A DNA stretch of 15,189 nt, taken from IMG/VR virus record IMGVR_UViG_2651869755_000008. One strand, given 5' to 3'. The DNA is from a virus. Lineage: Duplodnaviria; Heunggongvirae; Uroviricota; Caudoviricetes. The position numbers and the translations under genes are program-made. Under the pieces are notes generated by a model that was given only the letters and a program-made list of their open reading frames with translations, ran no database searches and was not told where the DNA came from. Below, one piece after another: positions 8,477 to 15,189 of the stretch. Position 1 is the stretch's first letter, and each line of letters opens with the position of its first letter.

Positions 8477-8895
8477 AAATCAAGCATGAGCACATCGAAT
8501 CAGTGTTGTTAGCCCTGGCAGCCGAAAAAGGGCAGGCGTGGGTCGCTAACGCAATTACTGAAGAATATCTGCGCCAGGGGGGCGGCGAATTGCCCCTGGT
8601 ACCAGGCAAGGACTGGAACAATCAGCAGAATATCTATCATCGTTGGTTGAAAGGTGAAACGAATGCGCAAAGGGAAAAAATTCAGAAACTGATCCCTGCG
8701 GTTCTGGCAATTCTTCCTCGCGAGCTGCGTCACCGACTCTGCATCTTCGATACCCTGGAACGCCGTGCATTACTGGCGGCACAGGATGCACTGAGTACGG
8801 CAATTGATGCGCATGATGATGCAGTCCAGGCCGTTTACCGTAAAGCACATTTCAGCGGCGGCGGTTCTCCTGGCGATTCTGTCGTAGTGCATTGA
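8473..8895 (+). CDS. ydaT: YdaT, 140 aa, co-transcribed partner of YdaS
   Basis: The 140-aa product MKIKHEHIESVLLALAAEKGQAWVANAITEEYLRQ... matches my recollection of Rac YdaT in length and position; translationally coupled to ydaS. Confidence 0.8.
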   Translation: MKIKHEHIESVLLALAAEKGQAWVANAITEEYLRQGGGELPLVPGKDWNNQQNIYHRWLKGETNAQREKIQKLIPAVLAILPRELRHRLCIFDTLERRALLAAQDALSTAIDAHDDAVQAVYRKAHFSGGGSPGDSVVVH

Positions 8896-8939
8896 TTGAA
8901 ATTAATCGTACCGAACTGTTTTGTTCGGTATCAGTTAAA

Positions 8940-8960
8940 TGTAACGCTGCGAGCGTTACA
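8940..8960. repeat. Palindromic iteron-like site TGTAACGCT-gcg-AGCGTTACA
   Basis: Perfect 9-bp inverted repeat with a 3-bp spacer, 13 bp upstream of the ydaU start. Confidence 0.6.
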
Positions 8961-8972
8961 AGGTGAAAACAA

Positions 8973-9761
8973 ATGGCTTCAAACTGGATAAAGCTCGAAG
9001 TTATTACGCCGGATAAGCCGGAAATATTCAGGCTTGCTGAGATTCTGAATATTGATCCAGATGCCGCATTAGGGAAAGTCATTCGCTTCTGGGCATGGGC
9101 GGATCAACAAATGATAGACGGTAACGCAGAGTGTAACGCTCGCGGCGTTACAAAAAGTGCAATAGATCGCATCACTTTTATGGCTGGTTTTGCTGATGCG
9201 TTAATTCAGGTTGGATGGCTGGTCGAAACTAATGGTGTGTTGTCGCTTCCTAACTTTGAGCGCCATAACGGGAAAAGCTCTAAAAAACGGGCGGTTACAA
9301 ACGAGAGAGTAACAAAAATACGAGAACTGAAACGAAAAGGTAACGCTGCCAGCGTTACAAAAACGGATCAAAAAGCGTTACCAGAGGAAGAGAAAGAGGA
9401 AGATATAAATACTTATCTCCCCCTAAATCCCCCTCGCCAAAAACGAGCGTCTAAAAAATTCGAACCGGAGGCTATCGAGCTGCCTGACTGGTTGCCGGAA
9501 ACACTCTGGCATGAGTGGGTTCAGTTCAGGCAGGCATTGCGAAAACCGATTCGAACGGAGCAGGGCGCTAACGGGGCGATACGGGAGCTGGAAAAATTCC
9601 GCCAGCAGGGTTTTTCACCTGAGCAGGTGATTCGACACAGCATCGCCAATGAATACCAGGGCTTGTTCGCGCCAAAAGGTGTTCGACCTGAGACGTTACT
9701 CCGACAGGTTAACACCGTCTCGTTACCGGATAGTGCGATCCCGCCAGGCTTCAGGGGGTAA
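8973..9761 (+). CDS. ydaU: YdaU-like replication initiation protein (lambda O analogue), 262 aa
   Basis: Sits directly upstream of the DnaC-like gene in the lambda O/P arrangement; AAGGTGA SD. Contains palindromic repeats inside the coding region. Family assignment is from memory of Rac YdaU. Confidence 0.75.
   Translation: MASNWIKLEVITPDKPEIFRLAEILNIDPDAALGKVIRFWAWADQQMIDGNAECNARGVTKSAIDRITFMAGFADALIQVGWLVETNGVLSLPNFERHNGKSSKKRAVTNERVTKIRELKRKGNAASVTKTDQKALPEEEKEEDINTYLPLNPPRQKRASKKFEPEAIELPDWLPETLWHEWVQFRQALRKPIRTEQGANGAIRELEKFRQQGFSPEQVIRHSIANEYQGLFAPKGVRPETLLRQVNTVSLPDSAIPPGFRG
9132..9152. repeat. Palindromic iteron-like site TGTAACGCT-cgc-GGCGTTACA, inside ydaU
   Basis: Near-perfect copy of the 8940 palindrome; a GGTAACGC half-site lies at 9120..9127. 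Confidence 0.6.
9339..9359. repeat. Palindromic iteron-like site GGTAACGCT-gcc-AGCGTTACA, inside ydaU
   Basis: Third copy. Further half-site-like GTTACA / GTAACA at 9293..9316. Confidence 0.6.
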
Positions 9762-9767
9762 CTGACC

Positions 9768-10514
9768 ATGAAAAATATTGCGGCAGGCGGCATTCTTGAA
9801 CGTATCCGCAGACTGGCCCCGCCACATGTAACCGCCCCATTCAAAACGGTAGCGGAGTGGCGCGAGTGGCAACTTTCCGAAGGCCAGAAACGTTGTGAGG
9901 AGATCAACCGTCAGAATCGTCAGTTGCGGGTGGAAAAAATTCTGAATCGCTCTGGCATCCAGCCATTGCACCGCAAATGCTCGTTTGCGAATTACCGGGT
10001 GCAGAACGACGGTCAGCGATACGCGTTGAACCAGGCGAAATCTATCGCTGATGAACTGATGACCGGGTGTACAAATTTTGCGTTCAGCGGAAAACCTGGT
10101 ACCGGAAAAAACCATCTGGCGGCGGCTATCGGGAATCGCCTGCTGAAAGATGGCCAGACAGTGATTGTGGTTACCGTGGCTGATGTCATGAGTGCTCTAC
10201 ACGCCAGCTATGACGACGGGCAATCAGGCGAAAAATTTTTGCGGGAACTGTGCCAAGTGGATCTGCTGGTTCTTGATGAAATTGGCATTCAGCGCGAGAC
10301 AAAAAACGAGCAGGTGGTGCTGCACCAGATTGTTGATCGCCGGACAGCGTCGATGCGCAGCGTGGGGATGCTGACAAACCTGAACTATGAGGCGATGAAA
10401 ACATTGCTCGGCGAGCGGATTATGGATCGCATGACCATGAACGGCGGACGCTGGGTGAATTTTAACTGGGAGAGCTGGCGTCCGAATGTCGTCCTGCCAG
10501 GAATTGCGAAGTGA
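9768..10514 (+). CDS. ydaV: DnaC-like helicase loader / replication protein (YdaV), 248 aa
   Basis: Walker [12 protein letters not shown] and Walker B LLVLDEIG in an AAA+ DnaC/IstB-like context; directly follows ydaU. Confidence 0.85.
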   Translation: MKNIAAGGILERIRRLAPPHVTAPFKTVAEWREWQLSEGQKRCEEINRQNRQLRVEKILNRSGIQPLHRKCSFANYRVQNDGQRYALNQAKSIADELMTGCTNFAFSGKPGTGKNHLAAAIGNRLLKDGQTVIVVTVADVMSALHASYDDGQSGEKFLRELCQVDLLVLDEIGIQRETKNEQVVLHQIVDRRTASMRSVGMLTNLNYEAMKTLLGERIMDRMTMNGGRWVNFNWESWRPNVVLPGIAK

Positions 10515-10536
10515 TTTTTACCGGGAGGAAATTTTA

Positions 10537-11298
10537 ATGGAGACTGTTTTTGACGCACTGAAAGCAATGGGAAAAGCCACGTCGGTAGAACTGGCTGCGC
10601 GACTTGATATCAGTCGTGAAGAGGTACTGAACGAGCTGTGGGAACTGAAAAAGGCTGGTTTCGTTGATAAAAGCGTATACATCTGGCGTGTGGCTGATAA
10701 CAACGTTCAGCAGGAACAGCCAGAGCAGGCAGAACTGCCGGAAGAAACCACCACGGCAACAGTCGCAAAAATTTCGGAGTGCGATTTAACTGCGACGATT
10801 GAACAACGTGGCCCACAAACGGCGGATGAACTGGCTACGTTTTTCGGCATCACATCACGCAAAGTGGCTTCAACGCTGGCAATGGCAATCAGTAAAGGTC
10901 GTCTGATTCGCGTTAATCAGAACGGTAAATTTCGTTACTGCATGCCGGGCGATAATTTACCAGCAGAGCCGAAAGCTGCATCGGTAGCGGAAACTGATGG
11001 TAAAGCCTTTCCTCAGCCAGCCGGTGTTGCGTTACCAGCACAGGAAGCGGCAACACAGGAAGAAATTAAAACAGATACTATGGGGGACATTGTGCAGTCA
11101 CTACCATCGTTCACTGAAACGCGAGCCAATGACCTGATTTTACCATCGCTGCATATGGCAAACCGCGAACTGCGCCGGGCGAAAAGTCATGTCCAGAAGT
11201 GGGAGCGAGTCTGCGCCGCGCTGCGTGAGTTGAACAAGCACAGGGATATTGTACGACAGATTACTGATTCTTCCCGCCATGTTGCATCGGAAAAGTGA
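10537..11298 (+). CDS. Prophage protein with two winged-helix-like repeats (DUF977/YdaW-like), 253 aa
   Basis: ATG at 10537 with GGGAGG 8 nt upstream. Two similar HTH-like segments ([28 protein letters not shown] and [32 protein letters not shown]). Family name is a recollection, not verified. Confidence 0.55.
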   Translation: METVFDALKAMGKATSVELAARLDISREEVLNELWELKKAGFVDKSVYIWRVADNNVQQEQPEQAELPEETTTATVAKISECDLTATIEQRGPQTADELATFFGITSRKVASTLAMAISKGRLIRVNQNGKFRYCMPGDNLPAEPKAASVAETDGKAFPQPAGVALPAQEAATQEEIKTDTMGDIVQSLPSFTETRANDLILPSLHMANRELRRAKSHVQKWERVCAALRELNKHRDIVRQITDSSRHVASEK

Positions 11299-11313
11299 TT
11301 GCCGGAGGCACCT

Positions 11314-11643
11314 ATGGCAAAAGTATTTACACCAGAAGAGCGGGAAAAAATTAAAGGGCAGGTTGTTGAACTTGTACGTCTGAGCGGTCGCGAGACGTTA
11401 CGGGCTCTGGAGGCTAAAACCGGTGCATCAAGGTATTACATAAGCACTCTTGCCAGAGAACTGGTCGCCAGTGGTGATGTTTACAATTCTGGCTACGGAT
11501 TATTCCCGTTTGAGCAGGCGCGTAAAGACTGGCAAAACGCCCGCAAAAAACTATCAAGGGCAAAGATGAAGAAACCGGTTGTGGTAGATCCAAACCTAAT
11601 CTGGTCATTACCTGATGGAGAAATCCGTCGCCTTAGTCTTTGA
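11314..11643 (+). CDS. Hypothetical small prophage protein, 109 aa
   Basis: ATG at 11314 with GGAGG 5 nt upstream; normal GC and codon usage; last gene before the AT-rich island. No recognisable family. Confidence 0.5.
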   Translation: MAKVFTPEEREKIKGQVVELVRLSGRETLRALEAKTGASRYYISTLARELVASGDVYNSGYGLFPFEQARKDWQNARKKLSRAKMKKPVVVDPNLIWSLPDGEIRRLSL

Positions 11644-11678
11644 TACTATGTTTATAATGTTGAAAAAGAGTCTAATAG

Positions 11679-11708
11679 TTGACATTGTATGAAATATGAT
11701 TGTTATAT
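11679..11708 (+). promoter_or_regulatory. Candidate sigma-70 promoter for the island gene
   Basis: TTGACA at 11679..11684, 18-bp spacer, TTATAT at 11703..11708, about 40 bp upstream of the 11745 start. By eye only. Confidence 0.3.
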
Positions 11709-11744
11709 AAAATGATTTTTTTGGAGACTGTTTAAGGTAAACAA

Positions 11745-12548
11745 ATGAAACCAGAATACTTAAGGAAAATAGAATCATTGCAACGTGAGGTTGATGATTT
11801 CCATCCAGTGCTAAGAGCGCTTCTACCACGTTTGCCGACTGTTACACATGTTGAATATAAGCAAGGACCATCAGAAAAAGGTGCTGATTTTGTCATAATT
11901 AAACGAGATGAGGCATTAGATGAGGAAATATATATTGGGGTTATTTGTAAGGTTGGAAAGATAATTCAGTCAAATAGTGAGGTCGAACGACAAATAGAAG
12001 AGTGTCAATTATACCCACGCTTTATTTCTTCTGGCTCTAAGAACATACATTTGAATGAAATTTGGGTTGTTACTAATTCATCAATCTCAAATAATGCTCA
12101 AGAAAAAATCTACTTAAAATTCAAATCTACAAATATAAAGTTTATAGAAGGTGAGAAAATATGTTCTTTAATCAGTAAATATTACCCAGAGTTTTGGGAT
12201 TTCGAATCCATTAATTATGAGCAATACTTAACAGATACATTGCAAACCATAAGTGATACTCCTGAAAGTTCTTTTTTTGGTAGTGTTGGCATAAATAACC
12301 TTATTGATAGATATGTAAGCAAGGAAGATCATAAAAAACGCAGGCACAGGCCGTTAAAACTGTATAGTGTTGTGAGAGCCGAGAGATTTATTTTTTTAGA
12401 GGGAACTGTTGGCTCCGGGAAAAGTACTTTGCTGAAACAGCTAATTAAAAAAATAAAAGAAGAATATTCTTACGAAAAAGACTACATCCTTCCAGTATTT
12501 TGCCAATACAAGGATGTTCTAGAAAAAAACTCAATATTGAAAATATAA
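11745..12548 (+). CDS. N-terminal part of a frameshifted Mrr-like nuclease / NACHT NTPase gene (Mrr-like domain plus Walker A)
   Basis: AAGGT SD. N-terminal ~150 aa resemble the Mrr-cat restriction-endonuclease fold (VLRALLPRL...KGADFVII...SEVERQIEEC...NEIWVVTNSSISNNAQEKIY...NIKFIEGEKICSLI). Walker A GTVGSGKST lies near the C-terminus. The frame ends 6 codons after an A7 run. Confidence 0.75.
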   Translation: MKPEYLRKIESLQREVDDFHPVLRALLPRLPTVTHVEYKQGPSEKGADFVIIKRDEALDEEIYIGVICKVGKIIQSNSEVERQIEECQLYPRFISSGSKNIHLNEIWVVTNSSISNNAQEKIYLKFKSTNIKFIEGEKICSLISKYYPEFWDFESINYEQYLTDTLQTISDTPESSFFGSVGINNLIDRYVSKEDHKKRRHRPLKLYSVVRAERFIFLEGTVGSGKSTLLKQLIKKIKEEYSYEKDYILPVFCQYKDVLEKNSILKI

Positions 12549-14002
12549 TACAAAGTGTATTAAGTAAGTACAAAATACAACATGATGGGAATATTTTATT
12601 AATTGTTGATTCGGTGGATGAAGTAAAGGAATCACTTGAGGAAAGGCAAAACAACTTCAGGGACATTGTAGAGAAAGTATCCAGGAGTGATAAAGTTCGA
12701 TTACTAGTTGCTTCAAGAATTATGGACTCTCTTCAGGACTATGAAGTTATCGATCAGATGTTTGCAAGATACTCGATAATACCACTTAGCACAGGTCAAA
12801 TAATCGACTTTGTAGATAAAATCTGCAATGACATTAAAATAACAAACAAGCTTAAGAATGGTATAGAAAAAACACCACTATTTAAATTCATTCCCAGGAC
12901 TCCAGTGAGTGCTATTCTTCTAGCAAGAATACTCTCTGATGAGATTAAAGAATTACCATCTACAATGACAGAACTATACTCAAAATACAGTGAGATAGTA
13001 TTGGGACGATGGGATACATCTAAGGGATTATTATCGCAAACAGAATATGATGTAATAAGTAATATATTAGTAGAAATTGCGATGTTTATGATGGATAACT
13101 CTCTAAACTGCATATCAATTTCTGAAGTGCAGGACATGTTTTTAAATTATTTGGCCAAAAGAAACTTGAATGTTGATGAGGACAAACTTTTCAAAAGACT
13201 AATTTATCGCAGTGAAGTAACAACAGTTAATGTTAGAACTAATACGTTCTCATTTCTACACAGATCATTCATGGAGTATTTTTACGCTGAAGGACTTAGG
13301 AAGCGTGGCTTAATAGACATAAATGATAATATTTATGATATTTATTGGGCAAATAGTTATTTCTTCTATTTTGGTTTATTAAGAGACAATGAATATCTTA
13401 TTGATAAAATTAATGAACTTAAACCTAGTAACGATAAAACAAGATTTTTAAGGTTATTTTATAACGGTTCTTTTTATTTGGCTTCATATCTAACTCCGTA
13501 TAAAAAAATAGCAAGGGGAGTCCTTTTATCATATATAGATGCAGGTAAATTATATGTTGATATTCTCCATGGAAATACCGACATCCCGCTGAAGGAGTTT
13601 TCACCAGTAGCTCTTCTTTGTATTTTTACAAAGTGTTTAAGTAACAATTACGCATATGATTTTTTCAAATCTGCCTTGGAAGACTTGTCAGTTCAAATTG
13701 AACAATATGAGGAAATTGGGGAACATATTGATTATGCACGTTTCTTCATAGCATCAACACTGAATGAGCTCGGGGATAAATCCGCATTTGATAGCTTAGT
13801 GGAAAAAAATAAATTAGGTGTTTTGATTAATTTAGGGATAACTCACGTTACAGACGACTCAGGGCTACTAAGTACTACGGTTGATAAGTACCTGAAAAAA
13901 TTCAATAAAAAAGTACGAAGTAACCATGATATGTCTAATTATATATCTAAGTTATATGAGGAATCTACTGGTTCCTTACGTACAAACCTACAAATTCAAT
14001 AA
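12500..14002 (+). CDS. C-terminal part of the same gene (NACHT Walker B to C-terminal helical domain); frame differs from 11745..12548
   Basis: NACHT-type Walker B LLIVDSVDE, sensor-1-like RLLVASR, TPLF / PRTPVSAILLARIL, and FSFLHRSFMEYFYAEG matching the conserved NACHT motif seen in NLRs. The only start before these motifs is the TTG at 12500 with no SD, so independent translation is unlikely. Confidence 0.75.
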   Translation: MPIQGCSRKKLNIENIIQSVLSKYKIQHDGNILLIVDSVDEVKESLEERQNNFRDIVEKVSRSDKVRLLVASRIMDSLQDYEVIDQMFARYSIIPLSTGQIIDFVDKICNDIKITNKLKNGIEKTPLFKFIPRTPVSAILLARILSDEIKELPSTMTELYSKYSEIVLGRWDTSKGLLSQTEYDVISNILVEIAMFMMDNSLNCISISEVQDMFLNYLAKRNLNVDEDKLFKRLIYRSEVTTVNVRTNTFSFLHRSFMEYFYAEGLRKRGLIDINDNIYDIYWANSYFFYFGLLRDNEYLIDKINELKPSNDKTRFLRLFYNGSFYLASYLTPYKKIARGVLLSYIDAGKLYVDILHGNTDIPLKEFSPVALLCIFTKCLSNNYAYDFFKSALEDLSVQIEQYEEIGEHIDYARFFIASTLNELGDKSAFDSLVEKNKLGVLINLGITHVTDDSGLLSTTVDKYLKKFNKKVRSNHDMSNYISKLYEESTGSLRTNLQIQ

Positions 14003-14013
14003 TAAATAGATTG

Positions 14014-14048
14014 TCACATTGAAGGTAACGTATCGACCTTCAATGTGA
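14014..14048 (+). terminator. Rho-independent terminator-like hairpin after the NACHT gene
   Basis: Perfect 13-bp inverted repeat TCACATTGAAGGT / ACCTTCAATGTGA with a 9-nt loop, followed by TTATTATCCTCTT; 12 bp after the stop. Confidence 0.5.
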
Positions 14049-14941
14049 TTATTATCCTCTTAATAATATAGCCTAGGCTACTTTCGACTTTCTGAGGCAC
14101 AGAGATTGCAGAATGTATCAATCATAGTGAAGCTATCGTAAATGTCCGCACGTTTCTACAGATAGTCAGATTTGAGTGAACTGCCTCCGCAAAATGCTGG
14201 TTGGGGCCTGACTTAATACATCTGAAGAAGTGTTGGTTATGTTTGGCTGTTATGAATCAGATAATTGATATGTTGATTAGAGGAGAAGATAGAATCAACA
14301 TGGTTGTTTTTCGTATAACTATTTGTTTTACTTTTAGTTTATGCATTCTGTGTGTTAGGAGTAAGTTATTAAAGTTTAACCAAAAAATCTTGATGTCGTC
14401 CACATAGATTACTGTTACTGAACCTTATTGTGTGCATTAGTTGTGTTTTGAAATTTCAATTTAATTATTTATGATGTGTATTTTTAACGATAAATGTTTT
14501 CTGGGTAAAAGACAGTGGGGGATGAGATAGGCAATATATCATTAATCTTGATTATCTCCAGGATGCCTTTACTGTTCATATAAATAAATCACATGCGCAT
14601 CAAGTAATGTAAAGGCATCCTTTTAGTTATATCTTATTAAATGTTAATGCTTTGAGTGGAAAACATGATTCCAGCAATTATCATATGGCTACTTTATAAA
14701 AATAATGCCCATATAAAACAACAAGTGAAAAGGATTACGGATAAAAAAGGAGCGAGATGTGCAAAGTTGTTATTTTCCATGTTTAACCACCTTAAACAAT
14801 TGATGATGACGGGATGATTGCATCTGCAATGCTTTTATTGAAATGTTATGATAAAAAAGAACTTTTTCATAACATTAAAATGCAATTTATCTAATCGTTT
14901 TTAATAATAAGTGTGGTATTTCTATCCTTGTACCAGCTATT

Positions 14942-15189
14942 TAGACTGGCCCCCTGAATCACCAGACAACCAATATCACTTATTTAAGTGATAGTCTTAA
15001 TACTAGTTTTTAGGCTAGTCATTGGAGAGCAGATGATTGATGTCTTAGGACCGGAGAAACGCAGACGGCGTACCACACAGGAAAAGATCGCAATTGTTCA
15101 GCAGAGCTTTGAACCAGGGATGACGGTCTCCCTCGTTGCCCGGCAACATGGTGTAGCAGCCAGCCAGTTATTTCTCTGGCGTAAGCAAT
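14942..15189 (+). mobile_element. Left end of an IS2-like insertion sequence (IS3 family), continuing past the window edge
   Basis: TAGACTGGCCCCCTGAATC...CCAGACAACCAATATCACTTA matches my memory of the IS2 left terminal inverted repeat, followed about 90 bp later by the insC start. Confidence 0.8.
15033..15189 (+). CDS. insC: IS2 OrfA (InsC) transposase N-terminal HTH part, partial (52 codons to window edge)
   Basis: Hand-translated [52 protein letters not shown], recognised as the IS2 InsC N-terminus. Confidence 0.8.

Noticed and set aside
8204-8848. Minus-strand ORFs of 60, 74 and 97 aa
   Set aside because: Antisense to ydaS and ydaT; no supporting signals.
9521-10115. Minus-strand ORFs of 128 and 130 aa
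   Set aside because: Antisense to ydaU and ydaV, which have clear family motifs; shadow ORFs in GC-rich coding sequence.
10186-10816. Short ORFs (60-72 aa) on both strands overlapping ydaV and the DUF977-like gene
   Set aside because: Overlap confidently called genes in alternative frames; no RBS.
11414-11829. Minus-strand ORFs of 64 and 73 aa
   Set aside because: The first is antisense to the 109-aa gene; the second spans the AT-rich promoter region and start of the NACHT gene and is an AT-rich shadow frame.
12445-13137. Minus-strand ORFs of 73 and 113 aa inside the NACHT gene
   Set aside because: Antisense to a frame carrying conserved NACHT motifs; AT-rich shadow ORFs.
14201-14407. Plus-strand 68-aa ORF
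   Set aside because: Begins with TTG and no SD; internal ATGs also lack good RBS spacing. Only the hydrophobic last 35 codons are mentioned as a weak possibility.
1-15189. CRISPR arrays, tRNA or rRNA genes
   Set aside because: No regularly spaced direct repeats and no cloverleaf-like candidates were seen by eye; a tRNA scan and a repeat finder would be needed to be certain.

Overview
This window reads as the early-left and replication region of a Rac-like lambdoid prophage of Escherichia coli, followed by an AT-rich foreign island and the left end of an IS2-like element. All identifications rest on reading the six-frame translations against what I recall of E. coli K-12 Rac proteins; no database search or computation was run. 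Gene order: a partial plus-strand gene (1..192); then on the minus strand a C-terminally truncated integrase, xis, ydaC-like, ralR, recT, recE, racC, ydaE, kilR; sieB (plus); ydaF and ydaG-like (minus); racR (minus) divergent from ydaS-ydaT (plus); ydaU (O-like) and ydaV (DnaC-like); a DUF977-like protein and a small hypothetical. At about 11644 the composition turns sharply AT-rich. The main candidate for a novel system is there: one gene, split by a frameshift in an A7 run, encoding an Mrr-like nuclease domain fused to a NACHT (STAND) NTPase (11745..14002), the architecture of NLR-like antiphage proteins. Other observations are palindromic iteron-like repeats in and upstream of ydaU, a shared ATGTACT operator-like motif at two sites, a minus-strand terminator-like hairpin upstream of kilR, and an integrase lacking its catalytic C-terminus. 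No tRNA, rRNA or CRISPR array was seen.
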